54,033 nt of DNA, from NCBI GenBank assembly GCA_041946805.1, contig JBHGBC010000020.1:1-54033 (forward strand). The letters are read 5' to 3'. Shown piece by piece: positions 10,451 to 19,069 of the stretch. A program made the position numbers and the translations under genes. The notes beneath the pieces are model-generated. The model saw only the letters and a list, made by a program, of their open reading frames with translations. It had not been told where the DNA came from and made no database searches. This DNA is from a bacterium (GTDB taxonomy: Bacteria; Hinthialibacterota; Hinthialibacteria; Hinthialibacterales; Hinthialibacteraceae). Numbering within the stretch: position 1 is the first letter of the stretch; every line of letters starts with the position of its first letter.

Positions 10451-11209
10451 AGCGTACGTTGATAGTGGCATCGAAGAATCAGCATCCACAACTTGAATCC
10501 GCACCACGGCTACTCATCGGGCATCGGCATCAGGCATACGGCTTTCTGGTGCAACATCGGAATTTTCAGCGAGTCATCACCATCTCGTCACGGCATCCAG
10601 TACGGCATCTTGAGCGCAACTTGGTAACGGCATCGGTTACAGCATCTGGATTTTGCAACAGTAACGGCAACCGGTTATCAGCAACGGTCACGGCATCCGG
10701 TAAGGCACCTTGATTTAGCGTCTTGTTCACGGCAGCAGTCACGGCAACTTGTCTAAGCAACGGTTACGGCATCGAGTACGGCATCCGGCAACGCAGCTTG
10801 GTTCATGCGCCAGATATGGAGAGTGACAACGGGTACGGCATCGTGCAATCTCTCCCCACGCAACGTACAAGCGGGTAGGAAAGGATAAACTCGGAATCTT
10901 CGTTCAAGCGCCCATTTCATCCCGGTTACGGCATCAAGGAACCGCATCACGCACGGCATCCAGGCTGGGCGGTTGAGAAGCCGAGTGGATGGAGGAGGTT
11001 ATTGCATCTCGTCGCGCCATTTCATCCTGTATTCGCCGGACACAGTGCAGACCGGTGAGTCATGTACGGCCTCCGTGTTCCAATGGTTTCATCCTTGCAG
11101 GGGCGATCGGCACGGACAACATGAAGCGGCAACCGTATCGCTGAATCCTCCATCCCCGCTAATATCCTTCTTACTTCGGAAAAAGGCTCTCGCGAGAGAG
11201 CCTTTTTCC
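10451..11209 (+). ncRNA. Putative ~750-nt non-coding RNA with repeated ACGGCA(U/A)C motifs
   Basis: Lies between a sigma54 promoter and a terminator, with no convincing ORF; 9 ACGGCATC, 2 ACGGCAAC and 1 ACGGCAGC, all on the + strand; 5' end inferred from promoter position. Confidence 0.65.
11178..11209 (+). terminator. Intrinsic terminator with GNRA loop (symmetric, potentially bidirectional)
   Basis: GGAAAAAGGCTCTC-GCGA-GAGAGCCTTTTTCC perfect 14-bp stem. Confidence 0.9.
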
Positions 11210-11374
11210 ATTTGAGGGCCTCACTTGCGGGCCCCACCTGGCAATGAGGAAGGCCGTTCTCTCACTCAAAGGATGGGACGCAAAGGTCCACACCCACGAT
11301 TCCAATTCCTTCACCCTGTCCCTCTCCCACCGGATCCGCCAAATTTTTTTCCCTCACAAAATCCTCCGCCGCCT

Positions 11375-11403
11375 TTGACATTTTTGTCAATCAAATCCAT
11401 ATT
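11375..11403 (+). promoter_or_regulatory. TTGACA-TTTT-TGTCAA palindrome overlapping a putative sigma70 promoter of the two-component operon
   Basis: Exact reverse complement of the 16-bp box at 10257-10272; TTGACA-17-CATATT. Confidence 0.6.
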
Positions 11404-11583
11404 ATTAATCAGGAACCAGCCTCGGCGTACAACTCTGCACAAAAAAAACACGACCTCATACGGCCGGTCATCGTGATCTGGTTGTTGGATTGGTTTGGAT
11501 TTGTTCGATCATCACGGTTCAAAGCACCCGCCTTTCCGAATCCAACTTTTCCTAACGCGAAACAGAGGAGCCTATGATCCTCC

Positions 11584-13239
11584 ATGAGTATTTCTGAAAC
11601 GAAGCCGTCTCCGAACCGGGATGACCGCGCCGCTTACGAACAGCAGGTCGAATTTCTCCAGGTGACCCAGTCCGAGCGCCAGATTCTTCAAGATTTGGCC
11701 GGATTCATCGTGCCCCGGTTGCCGGGGATCATCGACCGTTTTTACAGCACGCTGCGTTCGTTCCCCGTCACCCGGCCGTATTTCAGCACGCCCGGGACGG
11801 TGGAACGGTTGAAGATCGCTCAACTCGAATACTTCACCAACATCTTCGCGCACGCCTTCACCCCGCACGACATCCAGAAACACAAGAATATCGGCAACAC
11901 CCATGTGCGCATCGGCCTGCAGCCCAAATGGTACATCGGAGGCTACGCGCTCTACTGTCAGTACATCTTCCCGTTGTTGCGCCAAAAATATCCCGACGAT
12001 TCGCAGCTTCTGGAAACCGCCCAGGTGGCGTTGCTCAAGGCCATGTTCCTGGACATGCAGATCGTCCTGGAGACGTACATCGAGCGCTACTCCAGCGAGC
12101 TGATCGAGGCCCGCACCGCGCTGGAACAGAAATTGTGGATGGAAGACCGCCTGCTGACGTTCATTCTCAACGAAGCCACGGACGCCATTGTGGGACTGGA
12201 TGAACAGGGGCGCATCGCCACCTGGAGCCAGGGGGCGCAGAGCATTTTCGGCTACAAAACGTCGGAAACCTTGGATAAATCCATCACCGATCTGATTCAG
12301 GAACCGGAAATGCTGAACTATCTGTTCGAGGAAGCGGAAAAGAAAGGCTCCGCCACCCTGCAAGGATCGCATTGGCTTACCAAGGAAGGCAAATCCATCG
12401 AAGCGAACGCCACGTTGACCTACCTGCAAGACCAGCATGGCACCCATATCGGCTGGTCTCTGTTGGTGCAGAACCTCACCGATGTCCGGCGGCTGGCCGA
12501 CAAGGTCAAGAGCATGGAGCAGCTGTCCGCCATGACCAAAATCACGGCGGGGGTGGCCCATGAGATCCGGACGCCGCTGGGGGTCATCGCCCTGACGGCG
12601 GATCTGATCCAGCATCGGGTCGATCTGATCTTGGAGCAATGCGGCGCCGCGGTCCGGGAGGCCCAGCAACCGGAGATAAACGAGTTGATGGCCGAGTTGC
12701 ACCTGGAAGTCGAGCGGCTCAATGAAATCGTGGATCATTACCTGGTGTTATCGCGCATCAAGAAACCCAACAAGCAGCGTTGTCACCTGCCATCCTATCT
12801 CGAGGATATTTTGAGCAGCATCCGTTCCCGCCAGGGCAGTTCCGCCATCGAGATCGCGCTTCAGGCGGAAGAGGACCTCTACGTGGACATCGATCCGGCG
12901 CATTTCCGCCGGATATTCCTCAACCTGTACGAAAATTCCCGCTTCGCCATCGAGGGGCGGGGAAAGATCACGGTCACGGCCCAGCAAGCCGACGAGCAGG
13001 CTGAAATCCGGTTCCGGGACAACGGCGCGGGAATCCCCCCGGAAAAGATGGACCGCATTTTCACGGCGTTCAACACGAACCGCCCGGGCGGAACCGGCCT
13101 GGGACTGTATCTGGTGCGGGAAATCGTGGAAGCCCATCAAGGGACGGTCACCATCGAAAGCACCGAGGGCAAAGGGACCATGGTAATCATCACATTGCCG
13201 TTGGCGGTGGAGGAGATCGAAAAACATGCCGCCTCTTGA
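11584..13239 (+). CDS. Globin-coupled (protoglobin) PAS sensor histidine kinase
   Basis: N-terminal IDRFY...IGNTHVRIGLQPKWYIGGY (sensor globin), PAS (DAIVGLD...WSQGAQSIFGY), H-box AHEIRTPL, DNGAGI, GGTGLGL. Confidence 0.92.
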   Translation: MSISETKPSPNRDDRAAYEQQVEFLQVTQSERQILQDLAGFIVPRLPGIIDRFYSTLRSFPVTRPYFSTPGTVERLKIAQLEYFTNIFAHAFTPHDIQKHKNIGNTHVRIGLQPKWYIGGYALYCQYIFPLLRQKYPDDSQLLETAQVALLKAMFLDMQIVLETYIERYSSELIEARTALEQKLWMEDRLLTFILNEATDAIVGLDEQGRIATWSQGAQSIFGYKTSETLDKSITDLIQEPEMLNYLFEEAEKKGSATLQGSHWLTKEGKSIEANATLTYLQDQHGTHIGWSLLVQNLTDVRRLADKVKSMEQLSAMTKITAGVAHEIRTPLGVIALTADLIQHRVDLILEQCGAAVREAQQPEINELMAELHLEVERLNEIVDHYLVLSRIKKPNKQRCHLPSYLEDILSSIRSRQGSSAIEIALQAEEDLYVDIDPAHFRRIFLNLYENSRFAIEGRGKITVTAQQADEQAEIRFRDNGAGIPPEKMDRIFTAFNTNRPGGTGLGLYLVREIVEAHQGTVTIESTEGKGTMVIITLPLAVEEIEKHAAS

Positions 13240-14650
13240 AGAAAAGGCCGCGACCGGCCACCGGATCCTGATCGTGGATGACGACGAAAAGATGGCCCGC
13301 ATGTTGTCCAAGGCGCTTGCCAGCCAAGGGCATCAGTGCACCATCGCGCTCAGCGGCGAGCAGGGCCTCGGTCTCGTGCACAGCCAGCAATTCGACCTGA
13401 TCATCACCGACCAGGTCATGCCCGGTTTCGACGGCGTGACCTTTGTCCGGACCGTCAAATCCATCGATTCCAGCATACCCATCATCATGATGACCGGGCA
13501 TGGCTCGATCGACATGGCGGTCGAGGCCATGAAGGCGGGAGCATTCGATTTTCTGACGAAACCGGTTCGTCTGGCGGAACTGCAGGTTTATGTGGACAAG
13601 GCCCTCGAATCGCACGAGGTGCTGGTGGAAGTCCAGGAGCTCAAGGACCGGCTCAAAAATTTTCAGAAGAAAAACATGATCGTCGGGAAAAGCCAGGCGA
13701 TGCGGAGCATCATCACCCAGATGGAACAAATCGCCCCCAGCACCGCCACGGTGCTCATCACCGGCGAGACCGGGACGGGCAAGGAGATGATCGCCGAGGT
13801 CATCCACGCCCTGAGTCCCCGCTCCAAAGAACCGATCATCAAGGTCAACTGCGGCGCGCTGCCCGAGTCGCTGCTGGAATCGGAGCTTTTCGGCCATGTG
13901 AAAGGCTCTTTCACCGGGGCTTACAAGGACCATCAAGGCCGCTTTGAAAGCGCCAACGGGGGAACTATTTTTCTGGACGAAATCGGCGAGATGTCGCCAT
14001 CCGCGCAGGTGCGGCTGTTGCGGGTCTTGCAGGAAGGCGAATTCGAGCGGGTAGGCAGCAGCCATCCGGTGCAGGTGGATGTCCGGGTGATCGCCGCCTC
14101 CAACCGCGACCTGCACAAGATGGCGCGCGAAGGCAAATTCCGGCGGGACCTGCTCTACCGGATCAACGTCTTCAACCTGAAACTGCCGCCCTTGCGCGAA
14201 CGCCGGGGAGATATTGCCTTGCTGGCCCAGCATTTCATCGAAAAATACGCGCAAAAGAACGGCAAAAACGTACGCGGACTGGGCCAATACGCCTACGAAG
14301 CCTTGGAAAATTACGATTGGCCGGGCAATGTCCGGGAGCTGGAAAACGTCATCGAACACGGTGTGATCCTGGCCCGCGGCGATTTGATCCGGCTGGGCGA
14401 CCTGCCCGATGTCTTTCATCAGCCCCGCAAGGAGGAACGGGATGGGATCAACGACAATGGCAAGATCGTTCTCCCCCTGGGCATGACCGCCGCCCAATCC
14501 GAGGGCATATTGATCCGTCGCACTTTGGATTTGACCCATTGGGACAAAAACGTCACCGCCAAGATTCTGGGCTTCAGTCCCCGGACCCTGTACCGGAAAC
14601 TCAAGGAGCATAACATCCCGTTGGAGGCATCGCCGGAGAAGGGCGATTGA
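13226..14650 (+). CDS. Sigma54-dependent NtrC-family response regulator
   Basis: Receiver (ILIVDDD, TDQVMP), GETGTGKE, ESELFGHVKGSFTGA, FLDEIGE, WPGNVRELEN, C-terminal HTH (TAKILG..RTLYRKL). Confidence 0.96.
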   Translation: MPPLEEKAATGHRILIVDDDEKMARMLSKALASQGHQCTIALSGEQGLGLVHSQQFDLIITDQVMPGFDGVTFVRTVKSIDSSIPIIMMTGHGSIDMAVEAMKAGAFDFLTKPVRLAELQVYVDKALESHEVLVEVQELKDRLKNFQKKNMIVGKSQAMRSIITQMEQIAPSTATVLITGETGTGKEMIAEVIHALSPRSKEPIIKVNCGALPESLLESELFGHVKGSFTGAYKDHQGRFESANGGTIFLDEIGEMSPSAQVRLLRVLQEGEFERVGSSHPVQVDVRVIAASNRDLHKMAREGKFRRDLLYRINVFNLKLPPLRERRGDIALLAQHFIEKYAQKNGKNVRGLGQYAYEALENYDWPGNVRELENVIEHGVILARGDLIRLGDLPDVFHQPRKEERDGINDNGKIVLPLGMTAAQSEGILIRRTLDLTHWDKNVTAKILGFSPRTLYRKLKEHNIPLEASPEKGD

Positions 14651-14856
14651 GAAGCGAGGGGGAGATCCACAACCTGGAAAGGCACAAGCGTTTCTCCATT
14701 CATCTCCGCAGTGAATCCCACCGTCCTGCGCCATCCGGATCGGGCCGCCTAATCCGTATCGGGCCGAAAGGGCAGGCACGGCACAATCATCTGGCGTGTT
14801 ACACATTGCAGGAATACCGATTCCGATCTTGCCAAATCCTAGACTTGGATAGTTTT

Positions 14857-14980
14857 GGTTCATCCGGGAAATGCGAACACGATGGGGAAAACGTATTCCA
14901 TCCGCTTCCTGAAGCGGGCGGACACAAAGGTCCGCCCCACAAAATTCCCTCATCCTGGTCCTCTCCCTCGGGGAAAGGAC
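14857..14980. mobile_element. Partial MITE copy (one TIR plus both internal hairpins)
   Basis: GGTTCATCCGGGAAATGCG then GGGCGGACACAAAGGTCCGCCCC and CCCTCATCCTGGTCCTCTCCC, colinear with 43915-44124. Confidence 0.65.
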
Positions 14981-15059
14981 CAAAGCGGGGGATTGCCTTT
15001 CGTCCTTCGCACCCTCGGCGTCTCCGCGGTGTAACAATGCCGCGGGATCCACTTTCCCC

Positions 15060-15791
15060 TTACTTTCCCGTCACACCCGGCTTAGGTGTAGGCGTTACAG
15101 TGGGGGTCGGCCGGGCCGGGGGGGTTGGCGTCACCGATTGGCTGGCCTCCAGATACAGGGTGGCCGGGAGGGATTTCACCGACCGGAATACATCGAAACC
15201 CCACCATTGCGCCGGCCGCATCACCAACACTTCGTAGCCATCCACGTAGAGCAGGACCTCGTCAACCGGGTCCGTGCTCACCACCTGCAGGATCGGAGTG
15301 ATTGCCGTCTCGCCGGGGTAGTAAAGCCGGTCTCCTTCAGACAAATTGTATACCAGTGACCGTGTCCGCCAGCCCCGCACAAAAAACTCGAAGCCATTCT
15401 TCTGCTCCGCCACCACGTGGCCGGAGGGTCCCAGCGCCCCCAAGGTGAAGCAGAACTTTCCGCTCCGGGAACGGGCCATCGCCGCCACCCGGACCAGAAC
15501 CGGCCAGAAGGAACGGATCGTCCGTCCATAGAGTATGACTCCCTGACCCGGTTCGCACCGCACGGCCAGCCCCCGGCCGTCCGTGAGCGAGGAGACCGGA
15601 ACCGGATACGGATCATCGGCTTGGATATTGTTCTCCCGCGGCAGGTGAACATCATACTGAACCGTCCCCGCCGCATGCATTCCAAATCCCGCGCCTTCCC
15701 ACCGTATGAAACCGGAATCCCCCAAATCCGGAACCTGACAAGGAGCCGTTAAAACCAGAAGTAAGAGCATCATTTTATCAAGCGCCCCCAA
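15060..15791 (-). CDS. Hypothetical secreted protein with Pro/Thr tail
   Basis: Hydrophobic N-terminus (MMLLLLVLTAPC) and C-terminal TPTPPARPTPTVTPTP; start codon uncertain. Confidence 0.6.
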   Translation of the reverse strand: MGALDKMMLLLLVLTAPCQVPDLGDSGFIRWEGAGFGMHAAGTVQYDVHLPRENNIQADDPYPVPVSSLTDGRGLAVRCEPGQGVILYGRTIRSFWPVLVRVAAMARSRSGKFCFTLGALGPSGHVVAEQKNGFEFFVRGWRTRSLVYNLSEGDRLYYPGETAITPILQVVSTDPVDEVLLYVDGYEVLVMRPAQWWGFDVFRSVKSLPATLYLEASQSVTPTPPARPTPTVTPTPKPGVTGK

Positions 15792-16045
15792 TATTTTAAT
15801 TATGTAATTGTCATATTATATCACGCAATAAATACTTGTAAAGTTTTTCATACCTTTTTTCTTGTGATCCAGGCGGGCAGGCGGTTTCAGGAAGGAACAA
15901 GGCACGCCCCGGCGCCTCGAATCCCGCATCTCCCGCTTTCCAGGGCTAATGGACAAGACTTTTTTCCATTATCATCGCGCGGGATCCGATCAGTTCACTC
16001 ATGGACAGCCCCCATTGCGTATCCATTTTCCCAGGTGAGGGACCA

Positions 16046-17332
16046 GTGCAGATATCCGTCGCCTTGCTTCTCTTCGGACTTTTCTTTGGGTTGCTGATTT
16101 TGGAAGTGCCGGTCGCCTTGTCATTGGCCTTGCCGGCCTTGGCCGCGATCGTCTTTTTTAACCTGGAAGATCCCATCCTGATCGCCCAGCAGGTTTTTTC
16201 CGCCTTCGACTCCTATAACCTGCTGGCCATTCCCCTGTTCCTGTTCGCCGGCCACTTGCTGGGCGAGTGCGCCCTGTCCCGCCGCCTGCTCGACTTTGTC
16301 CTGATCACCCTCGGGCGTGCCCGGGGCGGTGTGGCGGTGGTCACCGTGGTGGTGTCGCTGCTCTTCGCGGGGATTTCCGGTTCCGGCCCGGCCGATGTGG
16401 CCGCGTTGGGGGTGCTGTTGTTTCCCCTGCTCAAGGAATCCGGATTTTCCGAATCGCTCTCGGGCGCGCTGCTGGCCGCGGGGGGGGGCATCGGCATCAT
16501 CGTGCCGCCCAGCATCGCCCTGATACTCTACGGCGTGGTGGCCGAGACCTCCATCAGCCGGTTGTTTCTGGCCGGCGTCCTGCCTGGCGTTCTGGTCAGC
16601 ATAGCCCTGATCATCGCGGTCCTGATCCTCTCCCGCGGCGATCCCCTCCCGGCGCGCATTCCCCGTATGAGCCTCTCCATCCTGGGAGGAACCCTGCTGG
16701 CGCTCATCGCCCCCGTGATCATCCTGGGGGGCATTTACCTCAGCATCTTCACGCCGACCGAATCGGCGGGCGCGGCGGTGCTTTATATTCTCCTGGTGGA
16801 TTTGATTTTCTATCGCTCGTTGTTCCAGGCGGGGAAATTGTTCAACGTGCTCATCCGTTCCGGCCGGGGCGCCGCGCAGATTTTCTTCATCATCGCGGGC
16901 GGATCGCTTTTCGCCTGGGTGCTGCATGAAACCCATCTGACGGAAGACCTGGGCCGGCTGATTTTAAGTGTTTCGCAGAACCGCATCGTGCTGCTGCTGG
17001 CGGTCAACGTCTTCGTGCTGCTGGCGGGTTGTTTTATCGACGCCGTCTCCATCATTTACATCTTTGTGCCGATTTTTCTGCCGGTGCTGCAACAGGTGGG
17101 CGCCGATCCGGTGCATTTCGGCATCGTGCTGACCGTGAACCTGGCCATCGGGCAGATCACTCCGCCGGTGGGAGTCAATCTCTTCATGGCCTCCACGGTC
17201 ACGGGAATCCCCATGGCGCGATTGAGCCGGGCGGCCATCCCCTTCGTGATCGCGGAGACCGCCGCCCTGGCGGTGATCACCTTTCTCCCTTCCCTATCGC
17301 TCTCGCTGCCGGGGTTCATGCTGGTGAAGTAA
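16046..17332 (+). CDS. dctM: TRAP transporter large permease (DctM family)
   Basis: LLAIPLFLFAG, GISGSGPAD, IIVPPSI, FTPTES, GQITPPVGVNLF; GTG start with GGTGAGG upstream. Confidence 0.92.
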   Translation: MQISVALLLFGLFFGLLILEVPVALSLALPALAAIVFFNLEDPILIAQQVFSAFDSYNLLAIPLFLFAGHLLGECALSRRLLDFVLITLGRARGGVAVVTVVVSLLFAGISGSGPADVAALGVLLFPLLKESGFSESLSGALLAAGGGIGIIVPPSIALILYGVVAETSISRLFLAGVLPGVLVSIALIIAVLILSRGDPLPARIPRMSLSILGGTLLALIAPVIILGGIYLSIFTPTESAGAAVLYILLVDLIFYRSLFQAGKLFNVLIRSGRGAAQIFFIIAGGSLFAWVLHETHLTEDLGRLILSVSQNRIVLLLAVNVFVLLAGCFIDAVSIIYIFVPIFLPVLQQVGADPVHFGIVLTVNLAIGQITPPVGVNLFMASTVTGIPMARLSRAAIPFVIAETAALAVITFLPSLSLSLPGFMLVK

Positions 17333-17420
17333 CCCGGACACGGGCGGTGGGCTAAGTCCATAGGAGATGCACCTGGCAACATGCCTCTCCAACTTCATCG
17401 GGATCCATCCACGCCCAAAC

Positions 17421-17455
17421 AAAAAGCAAGAGGGGAGCGCGGCGCTCCCCTCCTT
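17421..17455 (-). terminator. Hairpin terminator between convergent genes
   Basis: AGGGGAGCG-cgg-CGCTCCCCT with an A-run on the left (U-tail on the minus strand). Confidence 0.6.
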
Positions 17456-17492
17456 GTTATTCTACTCTACAAGGAAGATGGGGCCGAATGGC

Positions 17493-18845
17493 TCAGGCCT
17501 TGGCCAGGGCGGCCGCGTTGTTGTGGATCTTGCGGATCGCCGCCACGATCTGTTCCATATCGCTCTTCGAACCCAGCAGCATGCTCTGGAAGAACCACAC
17601 GGCTTCCTGGCAGAGTTTGTCGTTGGCCGGGCAGTTGTTTTCCTTCAGGTATTTATCAATCCGCTCCTTGGAATAAACGGCCTGGAATCCGCGGGACCGC
17701 AGCGTTTCTTCGATCAACGGTTCCTTGTTCAGAGGGCCGTAGCCGCCGCCGCTGCTGACGCCTTCCGCGTTCAAGGCTTTCAGGAACTTGTCGCGCGGCG
17801 CGCCCGCGAATTGGGACGGATCGTAGCGGAACATGTACAAGTGATAGGCCGTGCGCGTGACGCCGTCGTAATGCTTGGCCGGGGTGATTCCCGGGATTTG
17901 TTTGAGCTGCTCCGTGAGAAATTCGGCGTTTTGGGTCCGGACTTTGGCTTGGGCCTCGATACGGGTCATCTGCTGGAGCAGCAGCGCGCCCTGGAATTCG
18001 GTCATGCGCATGTTGGTTCCGTTATGGATGTACTGGTAGCCGTACTTGTTGGTCCGTTCCCGCCCGTTGGAATGGAACGAGTAGCAGCGGTCGATCAGGT
18101 CGGAATTGTTGCTGATGATCGCCCCGCCCTCGCCGCCGCTGAGGTTCTTGGTCACCTGGAAGCTGAAGCAGCCCGCATCGCCCCAGGATCCCACTTTTTT
18201 GCCTTTCCATTCGGCGAGGTGGGCCTGGCAGGCGTCCTCGACCACGGAAAGGTTGTGTTTCTTGGCGATGGCCAGGATCGCGTCCATGTTGGCCACGTAG
18301 CCGCCGATGTGGACGGGGCAGATGCAGCGGGTGCGTTCGGTGATTTTCTCCTCGATCTTGTTGGGATCCATCTGGAAGGTTTCCGGATCGGTATCCACGA
18401 ACACCGGCAGGGCGTATTTCAAGAAGGGAACATTGATGGTGGCCACGAAGGTGTAGGGCGGGACCAGCACTTCGTCGCCCGGTCCGATATCCAGGCCGCT
18501 CATCGCCCCGAACAAGGCGTTGGTGCCGTTGCTGGTGGCCAGGCACTCCTTCACGCCGGTCAGCTTCGCGTATTCCTTTTCGAACTGGTTGACGTAATCG
18601 CCGTCCAGCCGGCACCAGCCCTTCTTTTGCAGCACGTCCGCCCAGGCCGCCTCGTCATTTTTCTCGATCATCGGCCAGGAAGGGAAACCTCCCGACCGCA
18701 CCGGTTGGCCGCCCAGCAGAGCCAGTTGACCGTCTTCGCCCACTTTTTCCGCGGCCAGCACCGTGGGAGCCGCCATGGCTACCACCGCGGTCCCGGCGGC
18801 CGCCGTTTGCAAAAATCGTCTCCGTTTCATTTCGTCTTTTTTCAT
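17493..18845 (-). CDS. DegT/DnrJ/EryC1/StrS PLP-dependent aminotransferase with Tat signal peptide
   Basis: SNGTNAL, GDEVLVPPYTFVAT, VEDACQAH, FSFQVTKNLSGGEGG; N-terminal KRRRFLQTAAAG. Confidence 0.92.
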   Translation of the reverse strand: MKKDEMKRRRFLQTAAAGTAVVAMAAPTVLAAEKVGEDGQLALLGGQPVRSGGFPSWPMIEKNDEAAWADVLQKKGWCRLDGDYVNQFEKEYAKLTGVKECLATSNGTNALFGAMSGLDIGPGDEVLVPPYTFVATINVPFLKYALPVFVDTDPETFQMDPNKIEEKITERTRCICPVHIGGYVANMDAILAIAKKHNLSVVEDACQAHLAEWKGKKVGSWGDAGCFSFQVTKNLSGGEGGAIISNNSDLIDRCYSFHSNGRERTNKYGYQYIHNGTNMRMTEFQGALLLQQMTRIEAQAKVRTQNAEFLTEQLKQIPGITPAKHYDGVTRTAYHLYMFRYDPSQFAGAPRDKFLKALNAEGVSSGGGYGPLNKEPLIEETLRSRGFQAVYSKERIDKYLKENNCPANDKLCQEAVWFFQSMLLGSKSDMEQIVAAIRKIHNNAAALAKA

Positions 18846-19069
18846 GATCGCTCTCCGCTATCCCGGCAGGGGTGGAATAGCATGCCGTTTGGGTTTGGAT
18901 TGGGGTCGTGACTTGACTTCACCCTATCAAAAATTTGGCCCACTTTCCAGGATAGAGAGGGGAAGGGGAGAAATTGGGGCGGGGGGAAGAAGATTGAAGT
19001 TTGGAAATAACTCCCGCGGGGGCGGTGGATCCGCCGCCCCCGCGTGGACAGTCAAAGGAGAGAGTCTAA

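Noticed and set aside
10580..10960. CRISPR array interpretation of the motif cluster
   Set aside because: The repeat core is only 8-11 nt with irregular spacing; there is no 23-47 bp repeat with uniform spacers and no cas gene in the window
10459..11237. Short ORFs across the array (VTAS and DAVT repeats on either strand)
   Set aside because: They are 64-84 aa with non-ATG starts and no clear RBS, and the motif falls in different frames, so the peptide repeats look like by-products of a nucleotide motif
13190..15052. Long antisense ORFs (620 aa here; also 2255-3835, 17367-18911, 19076-20359, 31551-33602, 37218-38705)
   Set aside because: Shadow frames of well-supported genes in GC-rich DNA, with no recognisable motifs
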